Shown here piece after piece: positions 7,272-15,696 of a stretch of 32,000 nucleotides of DNA. The stretch lies in assembly GCF_002803295.2 (NCBI RefSeq), contig NZ_PGGB02000008.1:30001-62000 (forward strand). Direction: 5' to 3'. The position numbers and the translations under genes were made by a program. Every line of letters starts with the position of its first letter. Position 1 is the first letter of the stretch. This stretch comes from Caedibacter taeniospiralis (lineage in GTDB: Bacteria > Pseudomonadota > Gammaproteobacteria > Francisellales > Francisellaceae). The notes below the pieces were generated by a model that made no database searches, had not been told where the DNA came from, and saw only the letters and a program-made list of their open reading frames with translations.

Positions 7272-8255
7272 ATGGAAGAGAAGCGTATTACAACAGAGCG
7301 TAAAATCAAAGTAGGAGTCATGGGTGGGGCTGGGTATACGGCTGGTGAGCTTTTACGCATCTTAATGCTCCATCCAAAAGTCGAGGTTGTGTTCATTCAT
7401 AGTGAATCAAAACAAGGTGAACTCATTGCTGCAACTCATCATGACTATTATTTTATTGATGATAAACGCCGATTTGATGGAGAAATTCATCAAAATGTTG
7501 ACGTGGTTTTTTTATGTGTTGGTCACCATCAAGCGAAAGCAACACTCATCAAGCATGTCTTCAACCCAAAGACAAAGATAATCGATCTAAGCCAGGATCA
7601 TCGTGATACAAAACAAAATCCGACATTCATGTATGGTCTGGCAGATGTTGAAAAAAAACGCATAGCCTCAGCGCAGAACATTGCCAATCCTGGTTGTTTT
7701 GCTACGGCAATCACACTGGCACTTGTGCCTTTTTCTGCCCATTTTGAAGGTGATATTCACATCAATGCGATTACTGGCTCAACGGGGGCAGGGGTCATGC
7801 CAAGGGACACCTCACATTTTAGCTGGCGTTCAAACAATATTTCGGTTTATAAGGCATTTAGTCATCAGCATTTGGTAGAGATAAAGCAAGCGCTGAAGCT
7901 TCCTGACACAAGCCAGCTTCTTTTTATTCCAATGCGTGGGAATTTCAGTCGCGGCGTTTTTGCCTCTGTTTATTTTAAATCGTCATTAACTGAGCAAGGC
8001 GCCAAACTGTTATTGCAACAATTTTACGAGGACAGCCTTTTTGTCAAAGTACTTGAGCATGAACCCGATTTGAAAATGGTCGTGAACACCAATGCCTGTA
8101 TGTTGTCGATTAAAAAGCATGGGGATTATTTGCATATTGTCAGTGTTATTGACAATTTAATTAAAGGCGCTTCAGGACAGGCTGTACAGAATATGAATCT
8201 GATGTTTGGGTTACCTGAAGCGTTGGGGCTAAGGTTCAAAGCAAGCGTATTTTAG
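7272..8255 (+). CDS. argC: N-acyl-gamma-glutamyl-phosphate reductase
   Basis: KIKVGVMGGAGYTAGELLRIL Rossmann N-terminus and catalytic Cys in ANPGCFATAI. Bacteroidetes-like short form. Start is ATG 7272 or GTG 7266; the GTG would overlap the reconstructed pre-MITE argG stop. Confidence 0.9.
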   Translation: MEEKRITTERKIKVGVMGGAGYTAGELLRILMLHPKVEVVFIHSESKQGELIAATHHDYYFIDDKRRFDGEIHQNVDVVFLCVGHHQAKATLIKHVFNPKTKIIDLSQDHRDTKQNPTFMYGLADVEKKRIASAQNIANPGCFATAITLALVPFSAHFEGDIHINAITGSTGAGVMPRDTSHFSWRSNNISVYKAFSHQHLVEIKQALKLPDTSQLLFIPMRGNFSRGVFASVYFKSSLTEQGAKLLLQQFYEDSLFVKVLEHEPDLKMVVNTNACMLSIKKHGDYLHIVSVIDNLIKGASGQAVQNMNLMFGLPEALGLRFKASVF

Positions 8256-8283
8256 GTTTTGCCAGAATTTTCACCAATTTTGA

Positions 8284-8345
8284 TTGGCATAAATGTAGGG
8301 GCGTATTGCATACGCCCTTGTGATCAGCAATAAGGTCAATGCCAA
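8284..8345. repeat. REP-like nested hairpin between argC and argF' (same family as 3497-3665, opposite orientation)
   Basis: Outer stem TTGGCAT (8284-8290) / ATGCCAA (8339-8345). Inner hairpin GGGCGTAT-TGC-ATACGCCC (8299-8317). Its reverse complement, TTGACCTTATTGCTGATCACAAGGGCGTATGCAATACGCCCCTAC, aligns with 3501-3545. Confidence 0.6.
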
Positions 8346-8375
8346 ACAATTCATTCAAAAAAACAGGAGCAAAAC

Positions 8376-9389
8376 ATGCAACAGTATTTAAGTATTAAAG
8401 ATATCGACAATATCCAGGAGGCGATTCAATCGTGCATTGAAATCAAGAAAAGCCCTCATGAGAGATCGAGTTTGGGAAAAAATAAAACACTGGGTATTAT
8501 TTTTTTAAATCCAAGCTTACGCACCAAAATTTCAACCGTTAAAGCCGCACAGAATATCGGTTTAAATGTTTTGCCGATCGATGTCAACAGCGGTTGGGCG
8601 CTTGAATTTGAAGAGGGTGTGGTGATGGATGGGGATAAGCCTGAACATATTAAAGAAGCTGCTCAAGTGATCGCCAGTTATTGCGATATGGTTGCTATTC
8701 GTTCCTTTGCAAAACTCCAAGATAGAGAGAAAGATTATCAAGAGCAAATATTTAATGCTTTTAAGAAATACACTGATTGTCCGATAGTTAATTTAGAGTC
8801 GGCATTGCGTCACCCCTTGCAAAGCCTTGCTGATATTTTGACGATTGAAGAGTACAGGAAACGTAAAAAAATAAACAGACCCAAGGTCGTATTAAGCTGG
8901 GCGCCACATGTTAATCCTTTGCCGCATGCGGTAGCAAACTCCTTTGCCGAAGCTATGCAGCTTATGGACTACGATTTTGTGATCACGCACCCTGAAGGTT
9001 ATGAACTGGATGTTGAGTTTACGGGAGGTGCGCAAATTTGCTATGACCAAGACGAAGCGCTGAAAGATGCAGATTTTATTTATGTAAAAAATTGGTCAAG
9101 CACCAAAGAGTACGGCAAAGTGACTAACAAAGACCAAAACTGGATGATCAGTGAAGCCAAACTTAACCATGCTAAGAATGCCAAGGTGATGCACTGCTTA
9201 CCAGTAAGACGCAACGTGGTGATTGCTGATGATGTGCTTGATTCTCCGCGATCTATCGTGATTGAACAAGCGGAAAACAGGCTTTACGCTGCGCAATATG
9301 TGCTATCTGAAATGGTGTCAGCGTTCAAGTATAAAGATCAAGCGGTGATAGCGACTACTGACGAGGTTTATGCAGATGGCATTAAGTAA
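8376..9389 (+). CDS. argF': N-acylornithine carbamoyltransferase, predicted N-succinyl-L-ornithine type (ArgF')
   Basis: NPSLRTK (not STRTR), RHPLQSLAD (not HPTQ), SWAPHVNPLPHAVANSFAE, ITHPEGYELD and MHCLPVRRN match the Bacteroides fragilis ArgF' sequence as I recall it. DGDKPEH carries Pro89 (8640-8642) at the acyl-specificity position. Confidence 0.85.
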   Translation: MQQYLSIKDIDNIQEAIQSCIEIKKSPHERSSLGKNKTLGIIFLNPSLRTKISTVKAAQNIGLNVLPIDVNSGWALEFEEGVVMDGDKPEHIKEAAQVIASYCDMVAIRSFAKLQDREKDYQEQIFNAFKKYTDCPIVNLESALRHPLQSLADILTIEEYRKRKKINRPKVVLSWAPHVNPLPHAVANSFAEAMQLMDYDFVITHPEGYELDVEFTGGAQICYDQDEALKDADFIYVKNWSSTKEYGKVTNKDQNWMISEAKLNHAKNAKVMHCLPVRRNVVIADDVLDSPRSIVIEQAENRLYAAQYVLSEMVSAFKYKDQAVIATTDEVYADGIK

Positions 9390-10194
9390 AACGGCTAACG
9401 TGATTAAACTGGGAGGACGCGTCATGGATGATCAGTTGGAATTAAACGCATTATTAAAAGCGATTTCGCTTTGGCAACATCCGTGCATTATTATCCATGG
9501 CGGGGGTGAGCAAGTCAGTAAACTCAGCAAAGACTTAGGACTTAAACCACAATTTATCGATGGGCGGCGCGTCACGGATAAAGCTTCTTTAGAACTTGTG
9601 ATCATGATCCTTGCAGGTCTTATTAATAAAACACTGGTTGCCAAGCTTCAAGCTAATGGCGCTAATGCTTTTGGTTTAAGTGGTGTTGATGCAAATCTGT
9701 TGTTAAGCGAGAAACGCGGCATTGAAAAACACGATTTTGGCTTTGTCGGTGACATGAAGTGGGTCAATGTGAGTGTATTAATAAATATGTTAGACAGTGG
9801 TTTATTGCCCGTACTAGCACCCATCACACATAATGGCAGTGGGCAGCTGTTAAATACTAATGCCGATACGGTGGCGTATGAGGTTGCAAAGAGTATGGCA
9901 AATGTGTGCGATTACCAGGTTAGTTTGTATTACTGCATGGATTTGCCTGGAGTGTGTGAGAGCGTAGAAAATCCGCAATCATTGATTGAAGAGCTTGATC
10001 TAAGAGGCTATCAGGATTTGCGCACGCAGGGCAAAATTCATCAGGGGATGCTGGTAAAGCTTGAAAATTGCTTTAGTGCGATAGAGTCTGGGGTCAATAA
10101 AGTCGTGATCAGTAATGCACAAAATATAGCAAAAGCGTTGGTGAATGAACCACATAAGGCAACCACGATACAATTAAAAGAGGCAGTGAATTAA
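9370..10194 (+). CDS. argB: N-acylglutamate kinase
   Basis: VIKLGGRVMDD.., IIIHGGGEQVSKL, FIDGRRVTD and NTNADT are amino-acid-kinase family motifs. Overlaps the argF' 3' end; ATG 9376 is an alternative start. Confidence 0.85.
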   Translation: MQMALSKTANVIKLGGRVMDDQLELNALLKAISLWQHPCIIIHGGGEQVSKLSKDLGLKPQFIDGRRVTDKASLELVIMILAGLINKTLVAKLQANGANAFGLSGVDANLLLSEKRGIEKHDFGFVGDMKWVNVSVLINMLDSGLLPVLAPITHNGSGQLLNTNADTVAYEVAKSMANVCDYQVSLYYCMDLPGVCESVENPQSLIEELDLRGYQDLRTQGKIHQGMLVKLENCFSAIESGVNKVVISNAQNIAKALVNEPHKATTIQLKEAVN

Positions 10195-11310
10195 ATGGAA
10201 ACTGAAGTTTTAGCCCTGGAAGCATTGCGCGCGCAGATAGCCGAAAAACAGCAGCAAGCGTTAAATTTATTAACGTCTTTAATAGGAATTCCATCGATTT
10301 CAACCGAAGAAGAAAAAAGTGCGCTGTTTATTCAGGCGTGGTTAGCAAAGCATAAGATTCCATCCACGCTTATTGGCAATAATGTCTGTGCTAAAAATAA
10401 GTATTTTGATCAAGAGAAACCTTCGATTTTATTGTTATCTCATCACGATACCGTGCCACCTGCTAAGAGTTACACGCGTGACCCCTATCATGCCGAAATG
10501 ATCGAGGGCAAATTATACGGTTTAGGCGCTAACGACGCAGGGGGAGCATTGGTAAGCCTAATCACGGCATTTACCCACTTTTACAACATGCAAAACTTAC
10601 CCTTTAATCTCTTGTTGTGTGCAGCTGCGGAAGAGGAAATTTCTGGCAAAAATGGCGCCGAGCTTGCTTTGCCTTTTTTTGGTGAAATCGACTTTGCCAT
10701 CGTCGGTGAGCCCACGAGTATGGAGCTTGCTGTCAGTGAAAAGGGACTCATGGTGTGCGATTGTGTGGCGCATGGCAAAACAGGGCACGCCGCACGCAAT
10801 GAGGGAGATAATGCGATATTAAAAGCCGTTAGCGACATTAACTGGATCACAGGTTATCAGTTTGAAAAAACCTCGCCAACCTTGGGTGTGGTGAAGATGA
10901 GCGTGACGGTGATAGAGGCGGGAGTAAAACACAATGTCGTGCCAGAGAAATGCCATTTTGTTGTCGATGTGAGAACGACAGACGCCTACGGCAATGAAGA
11001 AATATTGGCGATCATGCGTCAATATATGTGCGCGGAAATCACGCCAAGATCAATGAGAATTAGACCCACGGCAACCCCACTTGATCATCCACTGATGCAA
11101 GCGCTTTTGGCTAAAAATATCAAATCTTACGGTTCACCAACCACGTCAGATCAAGCGATACTGAATTGCCCAAGCGTTAAATTTTCACCTGGGGATTCAA
11201 AGCGCTCACACAGTGCCGATGAGTTTATTTATGTTGCACAAATTAACGAAGGCGTGCAGTTTTTTATTGAATTTTTTCATGAACTAAAGGATCAACCATG
11301 GCGGAAGTAA
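10195..11310 (+). CDS. argE: M20-family deacylase (ArgE-like; acetyl/succinyl-ornithine or -citrulline deacylase)
   Basis: 371 aa. LLLSHHDTVP, metal-ligand region AAEEEISG and GHAARNEG are typical of the ArgE/DapE M20 peptidase family. The ATG directly follows the argB stop. Confidence 0.8.
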   Translation: METEVLALEALRAQIAEKQQQALNLLTSLIGIPSISTEEEKSALFIQAWLAKHKIPSTLIGNNVCAKNKYFDQEKPSILLLSHHDTVPPAKSYTRDPYHAEMIEGKLYGLGANDAGGALVSLITAFTHFYNMQNLPFNLLLCAAAEEEISGKNGAELALPFFGEIDFAIVGEPTSMELAVSEKGLMVCDCVAHGKTGHAARNEGDNAILKAVSDINWITGYQFEKTSPTLGVVKMSVTVIEAGVKHNVVPEKCHFVVDVRTTDAYGNEEILAIMRQYMCAEITPRSMRIRPTATPLDHPLMQALLAKNIKSYGSPTTSDQAILNCPSVKFSPGDSKRSHSADEFIYVAQINEGVQFFIEFFHELKDQPWRK

Positions 11311-12713
11311 ATGAGAATATACAGCACAGGCAAAAATTATGGGGAGGGCGTTTTACGGAAGAAAATAACCCTTTGTTTGTGCGCTTTAATGAGTCATTAA
11401 GCGTTGATTATCGACTGCTGCCCCATGATATAAAAGCCACCAAGGCATTTACACAAGCTTTGAGTGAGATAGCCGTTTTGTCAGAGAAAGAGTTGCATAA
11501 GCTGCATCAGGCACTGGATGAAATCGAGAAAGAAACTCGTGAAAATCCATCATTAATCCAACAAGCAATCTATGATGGCGTTGAGGATGTCCATACTTTT
11601 GTTGAGCAAAGCTTAGTGGATAAGATAGGAGAGCTTGCCTACAAGGCAAATACAGGGCGCTCACGCAATGAACAGGTTTCATGCGCCACAAGATTATGGG
11701 TGCTTGAGCACATTGATATATTGCTCCATTTAACCAAAGCCTTACAAAATGCGTTGGTTGAACAGGCACAAGAAAACATTGATGTGGTTGTCATGGGTTA
11801 TACCCATTTACAGCAAGCACAACCGATTACCTGGGGGCATTATTTTTTATCGTTTTATGAGATGTTTAAGCGTGATTGCGCACGCCTTTTAGATGTGAAA
11901 AAGCGCGTAAATATTTCACCACTAGGCATGGGGGCGATTGCAGGTAATTCATGGAATCTTGATCGCAAGAAAATGGCTGAAAACCTTGGATTTGCTGATA
12001 TTGTGCAAAACAGCTTAGATGCGGTAAGTGATCGCGATTATATTATTGAGCTTTTAGCGAATATTAGCTTGATTGGCGTACATTTAAGCCGCTTCGCAGA
12101 AGATATGATTATCTATTCAAGTAGTGAATTTAACCTGGTTGAAATGAGTGATTTGGTGGCGACGGGTTCATCGTTGATGCCGCAAAAGAAAAACCCGGAT
12201 GCGATGGAGCTCATACGCGGTAAAGCAGGACGCTTAAACGGATATCTCATTGCACTTTTAACAACAGTTAAAGGATTGCCATCGGGCTATAACAAGGATT
12301 TACAAGAGGACAAAGAAGCCTTATTTTTGGCGGTTGACAGTGTAAGCAACATGATTAAGGTGACAACGATCACCGTTCAAAGCTTAACTATTAAGCGTAA
12401 TAAAAACTATGATCATAGCTTGTGTGTGGCAACTGAACTTGCGGATTATCTTGCCAGAAAGGGGATTCCCTTTAGAAAAGCACACCATATCGTCGGACAG
12501 CTTACAGCTTACGCTTTGGCTTGTAGCAAGTCATTAAGCCAGTTGAGTCTTGGCGAATTTCGACAGTTTTCAGCTGAGATTAAAGAGGATGTTTATCCAA
12601 TATTAACGATTGACTCAGCCATTAACAGCAAAACAGCCATTGGCGGCACAGCAGTTGCAAATGTTGCGCTAGCCATAGCAGAAATTAACAGGGATATTGA
12701 AAACGGGATGTAA
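11298..12713 (+). CDS. argH: Argininosuccinate lyase
   Basis: KLWGGRFTE N-terminus, GYTHLQQAQPITWGH, and the fumarate-lyase signature GSSLMPQKKNPD. SD AAGGA lies 6 nt upstream. Overlaps the argE-like 3' end by 13 nt. Confidence 0.93.
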   Translation: MAEVNENIQHRQKLWGGRFTEENNPLFVRFNESLSVDYRLLPHDIKATKAFTQALSEIAVLSEKELHKLHQALDEIEKETRENPSLIQQAIYDGVEDVHTFVEQSLVDKIGELAYKANTGRSRNEQVSCATRLWVLEHIDILLHLTKALQNALVEQAQENIDVVVMGYTHLQQAQPITWGHYFLSFYEMFKRDCARLLDVKKRVNISPLGMGAIAGNSWNLDRKKMAENLGFADIVQNSLDAVSDRDYIIELLANISLIGVHLSRFAEDMIIYSSSEFNLVEMSDLVATGSSLMPQKKNPDAMELIRGKAGRLNGYLIALLTTVKGLPSGYNKDLQEDKEALFLAVDSVSNMIKVTTITVQSLTIKRNKNYDHSLCVATELADYLARKGIPFRKAHHIVGQLTAYALACSKSLSQLSLGEFRQFSAEIKEDVYPILTIDSAINSKTAIGGTAVANVALAIAEINRDIENGM

Positions 12714-12764
12714 CGCAAGTTGTATATCCATCGTAAATCATTTTTCAGACTTAATTGCGGGTAA

Positions 12765-13247
12765 CTAAAAATAGTGCGGTGAACTTTGCGTTTGCAAAGT
12801 TGCTTGAAGCACCATTGCATCTTCATGCTTATCACCAACGCGATAATAGTTTTTACGTATGGAAATCTGCTGAAAGCCATATTTTTTATAAATACTGATA
12901 GCAGGAATATTACTTACCCTTACTTCAAGAAAAAGTTTTTCAGTCTGTTTGTACGACAAATGATTCATTAAATAAGCTAACAGCCTCTGACCAAATCCTT
13001 GGTGTTGGTAGTGTTTTGCCACCGAAAAATTCAAGATTTCAGCTTCATCAAAAATGACGGATACAATCACAAACGCAATCAGGTGGTTATTTAAATCAAA
13101 AAGCCCCCACGTCTCCGTATGAGCGGAGAGAATACTGTCTTTCATTTGCGATGCCGACCATGGATATTCAAATACCTCACGCTCAATATCCATGATTTGT
13201 GGCAAATGATTTTCACTTAGGGGCAAAATCTGATACTGCATAGACAC
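12765..13247 (-). CDS. rimI: Ribosomal-protein-alanine N-acetyltransferase
   Basis: 160-aa GNAT (..EAEILNFSVAKHYQHQGFGQRLL..). Sits downstream of and overlapping a holD-like gene, as in E. coli. Confidence 0.8.
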   Translation of the reverse strand: MSMQYQILPLSENHLPQIMDIEREVFEYPWSASQMKDSILSAHTETWGLFDLNNHLIAFVIVSVIFDEAEILNFSVAKHYQHQGFGQRLLAYLMNHLSYKQTEKLFLEVRVSNIPAISIYKKYGFQQISIRKNYYRVGDKHEDAMVLQATLQTQSSPHYF

Positions 13248-13632
13248 TCATCATCGTTTGTTTTTTAACCTCTGCACAATTTAACTTATCAATGTTGATT
13301 GCAAAGCTTCCTGCATGCGGGTTTTCATCGAGGAAGTTTGCCAAGTCCAAGCTTTCATCATAAAGAATTATTGTGTTTGAAGCGATCACTTTTTCCAGCG
13401 CTTTATCATTTACCTCTATATAGCACACATCCTTGCATGAAAACATAGCCTTTAGGAAGGTAGAAAGTAACGTTTCTTGAGATGCTAAGCACAAAATAAC
13501 ACATAGCTTATTTGTGTCGACCATATGTGCGTGGCTGACAAATTCAGCATTATTTTTCTTTTGCCGTTTTACCTGCCATTGCGTAATACTCAAATGCTGT
13601 AAAATCGCGTATTGTCTCTCTCCCTTGGTCAT
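13213..13632 (-). CDS. holD: DNA polymerase III psi subunit-like
   Basis: N-terminus ..ERQYAILQHLSITQWQVKRQ resembles E. coli HolD RRDWQLQQLGITQWSLRRP as I recall it. ~139 aa, overlaps rimI. The track start 13635 is TTG; the ATG is at 13632. Confidence 0.6.
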   Translation of the reverse strand: MTKGERQYAILQHLSITQWQVKRQKKNNAEFVSHAHMVDTNKLCVILCLASQETLLSTFLKAMFSCKDVCYIEVNDKALEKVIASNTIILYDESLDLANFLDENPHAGSFAINIDKLNCAEVKKQTMMSVYAVSDFAPK

Positions 13633-13638
13633 CAATGA

Positions 13639-13959
13639 TTAAATTCCAATGCTTGATAATAAATTACAAATGGAACGCACAGCGTGCGTAACCCTGGGGT
13701 GGCTAGCTTCGTATTCGATTATTGCCTGTTCCAAATCACTAAAATCAGTCTCTTTGGGATCCTGCAATTTACTCACTTGGATTCTTTGCTTCACCAAGTC
13801 TGCGATTTCAATTGCTTGAGCCTTTTTTTCCTGAGGAAGACTCTCTAGTTCAGCTTGCAATTGATCTAGGAGATCGGATAGATTTTCTATATCGGAAAAA
13901 TTAAGTTTATCTGAATTTTTGAGTATCGCTTTAATCTCAGTAATCGTATCTTTTGGCAT
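13639..13959 (-). CDS. DUF4404-like small protein
   Basis: C-terminal ..EYEASHPRVTHAVRSICNLLSSIGI fits the DUF4404 pattern (E.SHP......L...GI). GGAG lies 7 nt upstream of ATG 13959, so that start is preferred over track start 13995. Confidence 0.5.
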   Translation of the reverse strand: MPKDTITEIKAILKNSDKLNFSDIENLSDLLDQLQAELESLPQEKKAQAIEIADLVKQRIQVSKLQDPKETDFSDLEQAIIEYEASHPRVTHAVRSICNLLSSIGI

Positions 13960-14029
13960 ACTTTGACTCCAGGTCCAACGGTTAGGTTGTTTCATTCTAT
14001 GGGCAAAAGGGGGTGTTTGACAATTAGCT

Positions 14030-15019
14030 TCAAGGGAATAAATTAATTTTATTTGGACAACGCAAAATACTATCGTAATTATGCAGGTTATACTTCTCTA
14101 CAAGACGCTTACAAACTTCAATTGCTCTTAATGAATTCCCATGCTTATCCAGTCTTGGAGAATAGATGGCAATACCCATCCTATCTGGCACAACTACGTA
14201 AATCCCCCCAGACACCCCACTTTTTGCAGGCAACCCGATTGAAAACGCCCATTCTCCCGAATAGTCATACATGCCGCAGGAATACATCAAAGATAAACAG
14301 TTTTTTGTCGTCTCAGGCTTAAAAACTTCTCTACGTGTCAATGGGCAACTTCCCGCATTGGCAAAACCTGCTGCAATAACTGAAAGAACCTCAGTATTTA
14401 ACTCGATTGAACACGCCTGAAAATATAGATTAAGCGTCTGATGCAGATCGGTATTTTTAGGGAACGCATGATGTTCGCGCATGAAATAACCCAAAGCATA
14501 ATTACGATCTGCCGTGTCCTTTTCTGAATTATATACCGCATTGTTAAAGGTGATCTTTTGACTATTACTCAACTCATGTAATGCTTTCATAATATGATTA
14601 AACTTACTCGCGGGATTCGCTTTGCGTTTGATCATGGAGCATGACATAATCGCTCCTGCATTAATCATTGGATTATGTGGCAACCCTTCGTCATTGAGTG
14701 TCAGCTCATTGAAGTTTTTTCCACTAGGTTCGCGACCCACATGCTTATGCACATGACTCAATCCATTTTCCTCCAACGCCAGTGCATACAGCACAGGCTT
14801 CACCATCGATTGCATGCAAAAGCGCGCCTTATAATCCCCCACACTAAACTGCTGACCATCTGTCGTGCATACAGAAATAGCAAACTGCTCAGGGTTCACT
14901 TTTTTAAGTTCTGGAATATAACTTGCCACTTTGCCACTTTTATTTAATTGCAGATCCTGGTAAATCTCTGCCAAATAGCCACAAAAATCCTTGAAGTTGA
15001 CTGACATTATCACACGCAT
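14030..15019 (-). CDS. glsA: Glutaminase A
   Basis: 329 aa. ASYIPEL, MQSMVKP (the S-x-x-K region), NPMINAGAI, AKSGVSGGI and SPRLDKHGNS are glutaminase family motifs. Confidence 0.9.
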   Translation of the reverse strand: MRVIMSVNFKDFCGYLAEIYQDLQLNKSGKVASYIPELKKVNPEQFAISVCTTDGQQFSVGDYKARFCMQSMVKPVLYALALEENGLSHVHKHVGREPSGKNFNELTLNDEGLPHNPMINAGAIMSCSMIKRKANPASKFNHIMKALHELSNSQKITFNNAVYNSEKDTADRNYALGYFMREHHAFPKNTDLHQTLNLYFQACSIELNTEVLSVIAAGFANAGSCPLTRREVFKPETTKNCLSLMYSCGMYDYSGEWAFSIGLPAKSGVSGGIYVVVPDRMGIAIYSPRLDKHGNSLRAIEVCKRLVEKYNLHNYDSILRCPNKINLFP

Positions 15020-15112
15020 TTCTAATATTGAAAATGCACCTTATTCTACTTCAATATTTTTATTTTGAAAGCGCTGTTATGTTCTGTTAAACATTTTGCA
15101 CCCCGAACAACA

Positions 15113-15514
15113 TTATAGCGACGGTGAAAAACAGCGTTGAGTTAAATAGAACCCAATAGCAACAGCGATAAGTGAAATGACAACGCTCAGCACAATATAG
15201 CTCAACGCCTTTAACCATTCGCCTTTTTGCAGCAACATCAGCGTGTCTAAGCTGAAACTTGAAAAGGTGGTAAAACCACCCAAAAAACCTGTCACCACCA
15301 AGGCGCGCAAATGGTGCGTTGCCATGTTTAGAAAAAAACGCTCTTGCAACAAAAGGGCTGCCATGACCCCAATGAGCAGGCATCCGACCACATTGATAAA
15401 TAAAATACCAAATGGGAAAGACCTGCCTAAGTATTTAGCCGCCAACTCAGCAACCCAGAAACGGCTGATTGAACCTAAACTACCACCTAGACCAACTAAC
15501 AACACAGCTAACAT
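15113..15514 (-). CDS. crcB: Fluoride ion channel CrcB/FluC
   Basis: 133 aa, four TM segments. GSLGSISRF, NVVGCLLIG and GFLGGFTTFSSF are CrcB signatures. SD AAGGAG lies 7 nt upstream. Confidence 0.9.
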   Translation of the reverse strand: MLAVLLVGLGGSLGSISRFWVAELAAKYLGRSFPFGILFINVVGCLLIGVMAALLLQERFFLNMATHHLRALVVTGFLGGFTTFSSFSLDTLMLLQKGEWLKALSYIVLSVVISLIAVAIGFYLTQRCFSPSL

Positions 15515-15545
15515 AACGATTCTCCTTTAAGTTTTTTTAAAAAAA

Positions 15546-15619
15546 CAGACGTCATCAATCTTAAAGGATGGTTTAAGCCAGAACGTTTAAGCTCAGCCTG
15601 GGAAGAACGTCATTTCCCC
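15546..15619 (-). promoter_or_regulatory. Candidate fluoride riboswitch (crcB motif) in the crcB leader
   Basis: Minus-strand RNA: GGGGAAAUGACGUUCUUCCC..(26-nt insert)..UUAAACCAUCCUUUAAGAUUGAUGACGUCUG. P1 is GGGAA/UUCCC. Loop GACGU can pair with 3' ACGUC (pseudoknot), in the same register as consensus GAUGGnnUUC ... AAACC-hairpin-UGAUGA-pk-CU. Located directly upstream of crcB. Confidence 0.55.
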
Positions 15620-15630
15620 AGCGCAATGCT

Positions 15631-15659
15631 ACCATAAAAATTTTATGCTACACAATCAA
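15631..15659 (-). promoter_or_regulatory. Candidate sigma70 promoter for the crcB leader
   Basis: Minus strand TTGATT (15659-15654), 17-nt spacer, TATGGT (15636-15631), ~12 nt upstream of the proposed aptamer. Confidence 0.4.
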
Positions 15660-15696
15660 TTCTTACAGTAAAAAAATGTGCATAACTCCAGTAATT

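Noticed and set aside
12783-12806. 8-bp hairpin AACTTTGC-GTTT-GCAAAGTT between convergent argH and rimI, as a possible bidirectional terminator
   Set aside because: It lies inside the rimI coding 3' end and lacks a U-tract on the argH side. Only a short interrupted T-run follows on the other strand. Support is insufficient.
15020-15112. AATATTGAA-N17-TTCAATATT inverted repeat downstream of crcB / upstream of glsA, as a terminator or operator
   Set aside because: The stem is AT-only with a 17-nt loop and no following U-tract. In AT-rich intergenic DNA this is weak evidence.
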